A stretch of 54,285 nt of DNA, counting the filler, from Sluysia triapertura (taxonomy: Eukaryota), in the NCBI GenBank assembly GCA_046118255.1. It is 4 parts of 4 records of this genome, joined end to end, with 100 filler letters (N's around TTAATTAATTAA, not from the genome) between each part and the next. Parts side by side here need not be neighbours in the genome. Positions count along the whole stretch, not along the records: positions 1 to 12,082 come from JBJNIA010141170.1; 3 more parts are not named here. One strand, 5' to 3'. The notes beneath the pieces are model-generated. The model was given only the letters and a program-made list of their open reading frames with translations, searched no databases and was not told the origin of the DNA. Below, in pieces: positions 1 through 12,082 of this stretch (position 1 is the first letter of the stretch; each line of letters opens with the position of its first letter). Both the position numbers and the translations under genes were made by a program.

Positions 1-574
1 CTTCGTATTTCTCATTGTCTTATCTTGATTCAAGTATTTCATATACTTATCTTATCATTATAATTCATCATAGTCCCGTATCTCATTTCCTCAATAACGT
101 TTATTTTATCTGTCATCCTGAATCTTGAACCCTTACATACACTTTACCCTTCAGCAATCCCAACAAAAATAATTTATTAAAATAATTTACATTGTAAAAT
201 TAGAGAGTGTAAATTTAAAATTAGAAATTATCACAAATGAAATGTAATTAATTTGGAATTTCTTAAAAATTATCGAAACTGAATTGTATAAAAATATGTA
301 AAAACATTAATAATTATTTTATGTAAATCGTTATTTATTAATAATCAAAACATTATCTTATAAAAATATATCGATATTTTATGTAAAATAGTCTATGCGA
401 CTTTCGTGTAAATAGAATAAGAAAGCTTAGATCAAATATAATTTGCTAAAAACTTTGACGTGAGGATTAGATTCTGGAAATTCTACATACGAATTTTGGA
501 AGTTATATATTCTAAAGAATTCCTACTAACACATTCTATAATATTTCATCAAACGCTGTTTTTAGTGGAAAATA

Positions 575-610
575 TATACATCTGGATGATGTTTTTTGTG
601 GAGACAGCTA
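575..610 (+). pseudogene. Possible reverse-transcriptase relic (YxDD-like motif)
   Basis: Translates YIHLDDVFCGD, resembling the LTR-retrotransposon RT motif YVDD...G. Surrounding frames are broken. Confidence 0.2.
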
Positions 611-1311
611 TCCAAAAAAACCATTAGGACGCTACTATCATTCTAAACAAATTATTATGAACAATAATAAGTAAGCTATTTTTATATAGGTCTATGCACT
701 AATAAGTTTTGTATCAGATTCTTAAACTAAAATTTATTAACAAATCCAAGCATTCGCCTGGATTAAAATCTTGACTAAAATTTATTTTTGTTAATTTTAT
801 ATTTGTTTATTATAATTATCATTATTTTATTGTCTAAAAAGAATTGTTTTATCTTTTTGTATTTCATTAATAAAAATTATTACGAGTTTTTTATCATTCC
901 TAGCGAAAGTTACGTGTTTTATTTAAAATCTAGGAATTAATATAAAATAAAATCAGTTGATAGAGTAAATTCATTTTAAAATTGATAGTGTAGAATAAAG
1001 TTTTTGTTGATCATAAAAGACCAGATTGATAAAAAAATTAAAAACGTATTAGTTTATACTTAGGAGAATAATTTTTAAACTACCAATTTATCGAAGCTTA
1101 ATTTATTTGTTAAAGAAAGAAGATTAAAAAGAACTGACCATCATTTATTCACTCATTTATTCTAAGAGTTAAGTTTTCTTTTCGTAGCACTAACCAAATC
1201 CTGTGAGCAGGTCCTTTTCGTGAGATAAATCGTGTTACGCAGGCGAACCTATATCACAGTAGTTTTATAATTGTTCACAGACTTAGCAAAAGTAGAACAC
1301 AATCATTAACA

Positions 1312-1450
1312 TTGTTAACATATATAAGAATATTGAATTTAGATTTAGTTTTCAGAATTCAATTTAATTTTTCACACCCAATTTTCTAATAGAAAATGTT
1401 TAAGGTTCTCATTCTCAAATAGACAATTCCACAAGCATTTCAAACTCATT
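1312..1450 (+). repeat. Interspersed repeat beginning TGTTAACA (copy A)
   Basis: Aligns with 7389-7525 (tgttaacata.ataa.aata.tgaattta...ttttcacacccaatttt.taat...aaaatgttt...ttct.attctcaaa). Confidence 0.65.
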
Positions 1451-2007
1451 TCTGGATTCTCCTATTTCATATAAATAATCTCATATTCAATTTATGATCT
1501 TTTCATCATATAAGTATAAAACTTTAAGCATTCTACAATTGAGAATTAATTAAATTTTGATTTTGTTCAAATTTTACTTTGATAAACTCGGTCAAACCAT
1601 ACCGTCATTGAAAGGTATTTTTAAAACAAACATGTACACAGCTACAACTGTGGCATATCATTCTTAATTCAAACGTTATTCACAAAATTTACTTTATCTT
1701 AATTAAGTTAATTACGATTTTAATAAATTAATCTATTTTCTTTAAATTTAATGGTTCTAGAATTACGTAATAATTTATAAAGCATTCAGAGAAGCCCTAA
1801 ATTTTTTCACCTTCACCACTCTTATTCATTTTCTAATTCTTTATATTATTTATTAATGTATTAAGGTTGTCTTTAATATTAATAAATTTGAGTTTATTTC
1901 TCAAACTTTAAAGATTTCCAATACTTTATTCATTTTGCTCAAAGCATCAAGTGCCATTTAGAATAATGATAATATAATTGACTATAATAATCTAAAATTG
2001 TTAGATT

Positions 2008-2088
2008 GGGCTCATAGCTTAGTGGTTAGAGCATCGAACTGCACAATTGTGAAGCGAGAAGTCCCTAATTCGATTCCCGGTTAGTTCG
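2008..2088 (+). repeat. tRNA-like repeat copy 1 (degenerate), within a cassette of ~1945-2105
   Basis: A box TAGCTTAGTGG, degenerate B box, T-run downstream. Shares flanks (aattgttaga / gaagtctaaca) with the copies at 9.1, 10.9 and 49.5 kb. Confidence 0.7.
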
Positions 2089-4528
2089 TTTTTTGAAGTC
2101 TAACAAAAATTTCAAATGATTATAAAAGTTCCAAGGTTTCTTAAAAGTTAATAAAGTCTTAAATGGTCTCAAGGTTCACAGGTTCAAGGGTATTTCAACT
2201 CTTCAAAGGGCTTCAACAGCCTACAAATACCTTTATAGCTCCCAGATGTTTTTAATTCCCATAATGATTATTTTCACTCCAACCATGCTGTATTATTTTG
2301 TATTAATTATTCTTACATTTTTCAATTCCACTTCTTCTTTATTCATTTTCTATTTGCAGCTGGAAATATCAACAGTAGGATAGAAAAGATAAATAAATAT
2401 ATTGTTTATAAGATGGTTAAAAACTGAAATAGTAAAAACCCTCAGAACAGAGAACTAACGTGGCGAAAAGCACAAAAAGTAATTGTAAAAATCTTATTAA
2501 GTTTATATTAGTTTTAAAAACCTATAGGGCTTCCCACTATTAAGATTGTAAGATGTTCAATATAGGCGAGCCTTAATTCTCTATTTTGTGAAGTTTTAAA
2601 ATAAATTTTTTCAAAGTGTAGCACAATCATATTAATTAAATTAATTTTATTAAATTAACATAAATACCTCTATAACAAAATTAAACAAATTCGAATATCA
2701 GTATAAGAATAAGAATAATAATAATGTAATTCAATAAAATCAACGTGATAACTCAATAAATCAATATAAATTATCAAAATATAATACTTACACCCAGGAT
2801 TATCACAGCATACATAAATGTTAATACGCAATTAACTATAAATTAACAAGCACAAGCAAGGCTAAATGCTTAACTTATTATAACAAAGCAAATGAATCAA
2901 CAATTTCATTCAATTTCTAAAAAGCGTTTGTCACTACTGTGTTGAAATAGCCCTCTTGCATAAAAGCCCATTTATGATTGCGATATTACTTGTATTATTT
3001 TACAGCAAAAATGTGAGTTTTTATATAATTGGTAGGAAGTCGTGAACTCTTTATTATTCCTAAGAGTCGCTTTAAAAGTCGAACAATTTTAATAAATAAA
3101 ATTTTACAATAATTTCGTCAAATTTCTAACTTATTCTTTTCCATCAATTATCCCAAAATAATGCGCTTTGCGAAGAACAAAATTTTATCCAATTCAAATT
3201 AATAAAATAAAAGTTTAATATAATTATTATAATACTTGTTGTTACAATAACACAATGTAAATTGAATATAAACTTGATGAAATATAGTAACCTTACATAC
3301 AATACTTTACACGTCAATTTCAATGATGTCTTCTTGAGCATTAATTTGATATTTACTAATATCATTACACAGAGAAATTTAGCTTTTTAAGAAGAGAATG
3401 ATTAAAATTAACTATCTTACGTTATCTAAGTCGAGATATTTCGTACTATTCCCGGTGTTCATAACACTTATACATTTTATCACTCTAATTCATTATTTTG
3501 TTACATACTATATACAAAGCTACTGAGTTAAAATGATTACAATTAAATAAATTGAACGTACATCTTCGATTTTGAAAATTAAAACTTTAATGATGGTTTT
3601 CTCTTTATATCCCCTTCAACTATCATGTAAATAAAAAATTCATAATAATATTAATGTTTATGTTTAACTACTGCGCATTTCATTTTTGTCTTTTTTATAT
3701 TACAACTAAATCATTCTTGTTTACAACCCATCCTTCAACTTCAAAAATACACTTACTCCATTGAGTTTCCTTAGCCGAAAACCGCTTAATATTATTTTTA
3801 AAATTGTAATATATATTTTTCTGTTTTAAATATAATAGAGTTATACTTTTATCACTTAGAATATTTTTTAACAGTAGCAATTATGCAAATTTTAAACATC
3901 TCGTCATACCTTGTTTTGGATTACGTCTAGGATTGCTTGAGGGGATTAACGATGTAAATGAAGGCTTCCTATATTATTAATTTTACTTAGAAAAAAATAT
4001 CGTTATATCGTTACTGTTACTATACTTATTAATTTCTATAATTATTTTTTATAATTAATTTACTTTAAGTTATTTAATTTTTATTAGTAATTTAATTTTA
4101 TATTCAGAGGTTTTTTAACAAAATATCTCTCAAAAGCCATAAAATGGACGCAGAATCATCTCAAACCTATCGATATGTGATAAGAATACTCTTTTTTGTT
4201 TACTAATTCTGAATAAGGATCAATCACAAAACTGATGATCTGATTACAATATAAAGCAGAGTTGATGGATTGACCATAATGCTTTTCCATTTTATTTGTT
4301 AGATATATCCATTTTTATCATCAATAACAATCCTCTTATTACCCAAAAAATACTTAAAAATACTTATTATTCTGTAACAGATACCGTAATAATAAAACAT
4401 ACACAAAATATTAAAATTTCAAACTAATTACTAAATTAGCATATTTAAAATTCATTAAAATGTTATAATGAATTGCACCAATTTAACATATGCATAATCT
4501 GTCTTGTTTATCGAAATAGTTTAATTGA

Positions 4529-5110
4529 TTATAACGCTTCTATACTATCAAGAGCTTTTTTCAAAATCATCTGTTCTTTGTCAGTCAAATTTGAAATGCA
4601 TACATTGAAGATTTCACTGTTAGACTGTACCATTTTTACAATATTAATACATTTTTGGTAAGTGGAATTTGTTATAGGTAAGCCATTATTCTCTAAGCAA
4701 AAGGCAATAGATTTAATAATATGCGGTATGTTTAAATTGTTCTGTCCAAGTATAACAGGATGATGAGCTTCAACCAAGTCACACAAAAGTCCATAAACAT
4801 GAGGAGTTTCTTCCACATCTTCATAAATTGGTAGCCAAGTAATCCACTTATCAAGGAAGCTTGTCATGTTACCATTTGGAGGCACATTTTCTGGACAGTA
4901 TTTACAAATTTTGGATAAAGCACTGATAGCATTCTCTGTGCTCATGTTTAGCTCTTCGTCACGTTCGTAACTATTAGAACCACCAAGTTCAATTAATTTG
5001 ACTAAAGTTGGACCGACTTGTTGAATTAAATGTGAATATTCTGGCACTTGTGAAGCATGCATTGCCAATATACCCATACCCTATGCTGCTGATTTTTGTA
5101 TTTTACTTCG
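4529..5110 (-). pseudogene. IPO5: Importin-5 (karyopherin beta-3) C-terminal ~190 aa, 5'-truncated, in frame with the upstream FAM60A ORF and containing one TAG (5081-5083)
   Basis: IQKSAA*GMGILA ~ VRQAAAYGLGVMA; TENAISALSKI ~ TENCISAVGKI; WITWLPIYEDVEE...LCDLVEAHHPVILGQNNLNIPHI ~ WLSWLPLHEDKEE...[23 protein letters not shown]. It ends at about the normal IPO5 C-terminus with TAA. Confidence 0.85.
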
Positions 5111-5443
5111 TGTTTCCATACCATGTTCTCCGAATGCTTTTAATCGCGCTTGTTGACGTTGCTGCATTTTGACAATTTGTGTGATGTGTTTTAAACCTGG
5201 TCCTTTTTTCTTATCTAATACTTTTTCATATTTTCCTGTCATCTGGTCAGAACCTTTACACCAATGTTTAACGTAAAGGACACATGCGTTGCATATATCA
5301 CCATTCCGTCCTTCGCCTTTCGGACCAAAACATTTAGAAAAATACTGAGAAAAACGCAAACTGTTAGAAAATCTGCTGCTCGATGACTTTGTTCCACAAA
5401 TGCAGCATCCATTAGCGCTACGGAACTGAGATCTCCCAGACAT
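5081..5443 (-). CDS. SINHCAF: FAM60A/SINHCAF-like protein (SIN3-HDAC complex-associated factor), N-terminal Cys-rich domain; its last ~10 codons are importin-5-like
   Basis: MSGRSQFRSANGCCICGTKSSSSRFSNS...CFG...RNGDICNACVLYVKHW...GPGLK matches the FAM60A signature (RSxxGCCICxxKSSSSRF...GDICNACVL.VK.W...GP.LK). The first ATG is at 5443; the ORF track start at 5449 is a TTG. No introns. Confidence 0.85.
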   Translation of the reverse strand: MSGRSQFRSANGCCICGTKSSSSRFSNSLRFSQYFSKCFGPKGEGRNGDICNACVLYVKHWCKGSDQMTGKYEKVLDKKKGPGLKHITQIVKMQQRQQARLKAFGEHGMETRSKIQKSAA

Positions 5444-7388
5444 AATCAATTTGTACGATAGTTAAATCTACAATGGCATTTAAATATTAAATCAAAAATG
5501 ACTAAAAATAATTCATATAAATTTTCCTTATATAAACTTTAATATTAATAAATTATGAGAAATAAAAAGCATTATGCAAATATTCTTTAAAATTGACCAT
5601 TTTGGGACAAAGCAAACCTTAGAAGAGATACATATTTAAACAATCACCAATAACAATATTTTAACTAAAATAAAACAGTGATATTTTATTAAATTCAACA
5701 TATCCTTTCATTAAAAATATTCCCGTACTAACTTAATTATAATTTATTAAAATAAAATAAATTTAGAATACTATTTGGTATCTATATGCAATTTTATATA
5801 AATTAATTGAAATAAATATATAAATTTAATGTTACATCAACATTTAAGTAGATTATTTTAATATTTAGGGTAAATTGAAATAGGTATTTCAAATTTACCT
5901 AAGTAAAATTCACCTTAATGATTATAAGTTCACCTAAAGTGTGAGGTTTACTTTTATTTATCTTAAAAGACGCGCCTCTAGGATATTTTAGCTACAACTT
6001 TACTTGATAAGTTTAACTTCAGTCTTATATGTTAAGTTCCCAACAATTTAACGATTATTTTAGTTTTGTTTAAATATTTAATTGTTTCTTCTAACTAATA
6101 GTTGAATCTTTGTTTATTCTCAAATTAATATTTAAGATTAACAAATAATTTCACAATTTCGATTACACAACAAATAAATGATTAGTATTAATCTCAAGAT
6201 CCACTAATTCAAGAATGTACAATTGTTGCGTCTTTAAAATTTGTTACTTATTAAAACTTAATATTATTATCTTGATCAGTTTAAACCTTAATAATTTCAA
6301 TCGTTAGTATATCAAGTATAATTTTACCGTAATCTTCTTTTATAATTATGTCAATAACTATTATACCAAATTTAAATTTCTTGACAATCAAATCAGAACT
6401 ATAACAGTAATGTACTATTAAATAAAAACCAAAATAAAATAAAACTAAAATGGCAAAAGTAAAAATAGCGTTTACAATAATAACGAAAATATTACAATTT
6501 CCTTATAATGAAAACACTAGGAGTGACACTAATAATATCTAAAAAAATTAATGGTAATTATGTTATTTAAATATTTTAGGCCAACATAACAAAAAGTGAA
6601 CACGATTACAATAAAATCTTTTGGTATCAATAACTTTAAAGAAATTAAAGAAATAACTTAACAGTAATTTCTAAAGATAAAACACTTAGTATTTTGATAA
6701 ATTAAATTACGTATGGATTTTCTTCTAAAAATATCTTTAAAATGTCTAATAATCAAATATTATCGTTAACAAAAATTGCGTAGGGAATTGCCTGTAAAAT
6801 CACATTAAATTGCTGAAAATCAAAAGTATCTTAAATGTACTCTTTAACAAAAATTTCACAGAGAGTTGTCTGTAAAATCTCTTTAAAATAGCTGAATAGA
6901 AATAGAATCTTACGAAATATTTAGCAATAAATTACATGATTAGTATTAAAAATTTGTGAAAATTACGAGGGACGTTTCCCACAAAATTATTAAAAAAATC
7001 AAATTCAAATAAAATTTATCCCTTAATTTAAATAAAATAAAATTAACAATACAAAAAAATTTACCGCATACATGGATCTTCGTACCACTACTAATTGGTC
7101 ATTACTACTATTGTGTTGTAAAAATTTAGAAATTTTTATTTTATACTCTCTCATCATCCAATCAATTTACAATCTCACAACCAAATATTCTCTCTCACAA
7201 ATCACCCAAACCTCTTTGAGAATCAAACCGACAATAACAACTTTGACAACTACATGGTACGTACTGTCAAACTTCGTTAGGTAGAAAACATAGAAATCTG
7301 ATTTATTATCAACCATCATTTCCTTTTACTCTATTCAGTCTCTTTTTACTTAAATTACTTCTCACATTAAAATAACAATAAGCAAAAC

Positions 7389-7525
7389 TGTTAACATACA
7401 TAAAAATAATGAATTTAATTTCACTTTCTATTCTTTAATTAATTCTCTATTTTCACACCCAATTTTGTAATGAAAAATGTTTTGAGATTCTTATTCTCAA
7501 ACATTTTACAAACATTTCGAGTTTA
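7389..7525 (+). repeat. Interspersed repeat beginning TGTTAACA (copy B)
   Basis: Aligns with 1312-1450. Confidence 0.65.
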
Positions 7526-9090
7526 ATGCATGCATTGATTCGCCTTTTGTGAAATTAATTCATTTGGGAAAACGCCCAGATCTTGCTATTGTGTAAATGC
7601 TAATACAATCAAAGGTACACTTGATTCGTTTTGCTTGTTTGATATATTTGTTTTTGTTTTGTCCCACAATGAAAAAGGATTTCAGTTTGTTTTGTATTTG
7701 TTCACGTTGATTTTTTAATAATTAAGCCAAAGTTTAATCTCTTTAATTATTTAGCAATGTATAATTATGATTTCGTAAATTTCATCCAAAGCTTAAATTA
7801 CTATTTGTTGGGATTAAAAACAGAACAACTGAATCCACTGGATAAATATATAATGACCTTTGATAACATTTGTAAAATGAAATTTGACAAATTTATCTTT
7901 ATTATTTTAAAAACTTCAACTATTTTATTAGGTCACTAAAACATCTTAAATAATTATCAAGGCTTCAAAATTACTTAAAGGTCAAAAGGTCCTATATGAT
8001 CCAAAGGTTCTAAAGGTTTTCCAAACCCATCTCAAGCTTCCACAAGGTCTCAGAACCTTATATAGGTCTTTGGAACTCTAGGGTATATCAGATTAATAGT
8101 TGTCGTCCAAACAAATTATAGAAAGCTACTACTATTTCTTGCTAATAATTGGTAAGTTTATATGGAAGAAATTGTCGGTGATTAATTCAAGGTCTAAAAT
8201 CATTTTATAATTTATTTCTAGTAGTTTAAGGCTTCAGTTAAACTTTTCTTAAAATATGATGAAATTTGATATTAGGCATAAAATTCTTTCTTTTATATAT
8301 AATTGGCATTATTACATTTTGGTATTATATTTTATTGGCGATTTTTTTATTTATTTTGAGCTAAATTAAAATATTTGTGTTTTTTTTCGGTTGCCGTAAG
8401 TAACTAATGATATTAATTTTGTAATGTCTTTATTTTAAAACTCAGTAACAAAGTTAAATTGGTGTGAAATCATGATATATTTTTAATAACAAAACAAAGA
8501 AAAATTATCATTTATTCTTTATTCATAACATACGCTTAATAATCACACAATAAGTACAAATTATCATTAATTTATCATTTTATTTCAGTTATCAATTATC
8601 AATTTCTTTACTTGATCAATTAACCAAATATAATTTGAAAAAGGTTAGTAAGAGTGTTATCAAAATAAATATAAAAGCGTGGGTTAACTGGCCATAATAA
8701 TACGAAAATACCACTTACAAATTATGATCAATTGATAAAGATAAAGATAAAGAATGTTGATGCAGTTTCCCTATAGCAAGCGAAGTTTTACTTTAGTACT
8801 TTATTCTTCTACTTATGACTGACTTTTTAAACAAGTTGTGATCACTTATGTAGTAGTTAAAAAATTGCTGAAGAGGTTAGAAATTGGGAAGTTGATGTAA
8901 TTACTTTGTAATTACTTTTTCTTTTGAGTCGGTTATAAGCCAACAAATTTTAATAATCAATTTTTCACAATTTCCGCTGACTTCCAATTTATCGACTCCC
9001 AAAAGTAATGGAATTTGTGACGAACAATCATCCTATCCCATTTACAAAATAATTTAACATGATTTAATTTAACACTGTTTGAATGATATA

Positions 9091-9246
9091 TGTTGGGATA
9101 CATGCCTAAGGTGCCTGGTGGTATAATCGACTCTAGTAATCTAAAAATTGTTAGATGGGGCTGATAGCTCAATGGGTAGAACATCGAACTGCGCAGCAAG
9201 ATGTCCAGGATTCGATCCCCGTGAGTCAATTTTACGAAGTCTAACA
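9091..9246 (+). mobile_element. tRNA-like cassette copy 2 (TGTTGG...CTAACA; tRNA-like core 9158-9229)
   Basis: Starts TGTTGGG and ends CTAACA, with GATATA on both flanks. A and B boxes and a TTTT terminator lie inside. Confidence 0.7.
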
Positions 9247-10822
9247 GATATATCACCTTAAATGAAACATAAAAACAATTAAATACAAAATTCTTTTCTA
9301 TAACATTTTTTAATACAAAACGTCATACGTTTACAATACGTCACACGTCGATTTCAATAATGTCTTGATATATACTTTTATTATAGATGATCATTAGGAT
9401 AACCAAAAAAAATTTTTCTTCTAAAGGACTCAACGACAAAAATTTCCACCCAATTAAAATATAAAAGAACAATTATTAAACTGAAATATTATCTTTAGAA
9501 GATTTACAATGTTATAAATTCATACTTAAATTTTAATTAAATCCAAAACACTTTCAAACAGTTTACCACGATTATTAAATTTAAAGCAAAAATCCTTTCT
9601 CTTGTTAGTAAGCCACCCATTTATCATTTTAATCTCAAATTTGAACGACTCCCACTATAATTATAACAAATTTAACTTTACGTTATATAAAATTAATTAA
9701 AATAAATAATTTTTATCTTGTCTGCATCAACGTTTTACACAACATTTCAACATTATATTTCAGTTCATGTTATCTTTCCATGCACAATATTTTACATAAA
9801 ATTATTAAATTAAAACAATTTTTAATTGAATTAATTAATAAATGTAATATTATATATTTAGTAGGTTGTCATTACAACCCTCTAAAATCAAGTAAAATGT
9901 TCTAAAATCATTTAAAATCATTTAAAACCTTCAAAATCACTTTAAAATATTTATTTTCCAAAAAAGAAATTATTTTCCGAAAAACAAAAATAAAATTTCG
10001 AAAAAAGAAAATTCGCTTCTAAAAATAGAACAGAAGCTTCTGGAATGTTTCAGAACATTTCATCGATTCTCATTGGCTAGTACATAAACTAGCATCAATT
10101 TAATGGGCATCGCCATTTTGAATTTTTTAAAACTTTTATTTGCAACGTCGCTGTTTTGTTGGTGATTTATTTTAGTCGGTATTCACATTTATTAGTAATA
10201 CAACCAGCTTTTCAATCTATTTGTAACGTAATATGTTATTTTAAACTTTACTTATATTTTTTTTGAAAACATGTTAAGTTTTAATTGTACTATTTAATTT
10301 TTATTCCACTTCTACTAACTATTATTTTTTATACTGCAAATAATTAAATTTTGTCATTTTTATTTTATTTAATTCAATAAAATTTGAATTCATAGCTTTC
10401 TCATTGGTATTAAATAAATTTTATAAGAATTAGGATTTTAAGGATAAATCGATAATCATTAATTTAAAGTTACAGGAACGCCCACTATGCGGACGCTGCT
10501 CATATTCAAAAATCAAATTCTATAAAGGGTTTTCTCTCAGTATCTTTTTATTTTAATTTAAATATTTTACCAACATATCCAATTAACAAATATAATCCAT
10601 CATGTCATTTTATTATTCTTTTTTATATTCGTTTCCTTTTTTCTCACCATTTACAAGCTACAACATTCTCGTTTACTCTCAAACCCAACAATTTTAACAG
10701 AAACTACTCTTTTTAGTTTCTTTAAGCAACCCATAGATTTGATCAATTTTTATAAATGTGTTAGGCCTTTTAAATATTTTAATTTAAATCATTTGTTGTA
10801 ATATTTTTTTATTTACTGTTAG

Positions 10823-10983
10823 TGTTGGGGTAAAAGGCCTAAAAAATGACGTGTAGTATAATTGAATATATTTTAAAAAACGAAATTGTTAGACGGGGCT
10901 GATAGCTCAGTGGTGGAGCAATCGAACTGCGCAGCGATGGTCCCGGGTTCGATCCCCGTCAGTCCATTTTACGAAATCTAATA
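10823..10983 (+). mobile_element. tRNA-like cassette copy 3 (core 10896-10966)
   Basis: Starts TGTTGGGG and ends CTAATA, with TTAG on both flanks. GGGCTGA/TCAGTCC acceptor-like stem, TAGCTCAGTGG, GGTTCGATCCC, then A-TTTT. Confidence 0.75.
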
Positions 10984-12082
10984 TTAGTAAAAACCTTACT
11001 CTTTTTACAACAATTATGAAGTTTACTATTATCAACAGAGTTCGTCTATATATTGTGGTTTATGTCTTCGAGAGGACGCAATTACAGAAACTGACTTCTA
11101 AATATTTTCTCTGCAATAAGTAAAGCTTCCCTACACTGATAAGGCAAACAATTTTATCAAAGAATCAAAGGTATTTTTGTTAAATAGTCAATTATTTATT
11201 AAACCCGATATCGTAATCCTTTTTTGGTGATTGATAATGTCTTAATCTTTTAACTATGTTTTTTTATAAACGTTTATATTATCATAAAATTCTTAATTTA
11301 TCTTTGACTTTAAATTTACTTTTAGAAATATCTTTAAATTTGATAGTCTAAACTTATCGTTTCAACCTTTTAAACTATAAGAAAATTATAACAAATAAAC
11401 ACAAAAACTTAATTATATTATTAACGAAATGTAGCACAAAACAGTTATAAAATAAAAGGTTATAAATCACAATTATGATATATCGAATAAATAATTAAAA
11501 ATAGAGAAAACTTATTTTTCTTTATTTGAATTTTAGTTTAATTATTTGAACCAGATATAATACTAGGTTTTTAAAAGTTTCGGTAGTTTATTTAATAGTT
11601 TAATGCTAAATTTGTTAAAGCACAAAAACTATAAATTATCAACTTACGTGTACAATAATCCAAAAGAATAAATAAATTTGTGTATAAAGGATCTCCTTAG
11701 ATGAGTTGTGATTAAATTAATTTTGTTGCTCGAGATCATATTTGTGTTTTAAATATGAAAACACAAATAAAACACAATTTGGAATAAGAATAGAGAATAA
11801 AATATTAATCAAACTTAGTTATACTATACAGAATCTTGAATGAGTAAGACTTTACTCAAGTTCTGTAGGCTTATATAGATACCTTGCTATATAACCATCG
11901 GGTAAAAATGTGTTCTTGAATGACAATAATTTTTTAATGTACATACACAAAATGAAAAGAAAAATGATAAAAATAAAACAATAAAAATGATATTATCATT
12001 ACCATTGTAGGGAACTCGTCATTCGGTATCAATCACAATTCATCACACAATATTCACTATAACCCATCTCATAAAGTTCATC

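Noticed and set aside
4473-4661. Short ORFs antisense to longer ORFs (also 20463-20669 and 21066-21263) and other 60-96 aa I/L/K/N/F-rich ORFs
   Set aside because: Shadow or chance ORFs in AT-rich DNA, many starting with TTG/GTG, with no motifs.
5081-5083. Genome-wide TAG-to-Tyr reassignment, or TAG as a splice acceptor
   Set aside because: A single instance cannot establish a code change. An acceptor is unlikely because importin homology and the FAM60A frame continue directly upstream. Both are kept only as alternatives to test.
8957-9256. 99-aa minus-strand ORF
   Set aside because: Antisense reading of the tRNA-like cassette, with no protein motif.
9843-10475. Possible LTR (TGTAAT...GTTACA with ATTGG and CGCCATTTTG motifs)
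   Set aside because: No TSD, no second copy and no convincing PBS, so it is not supportable.
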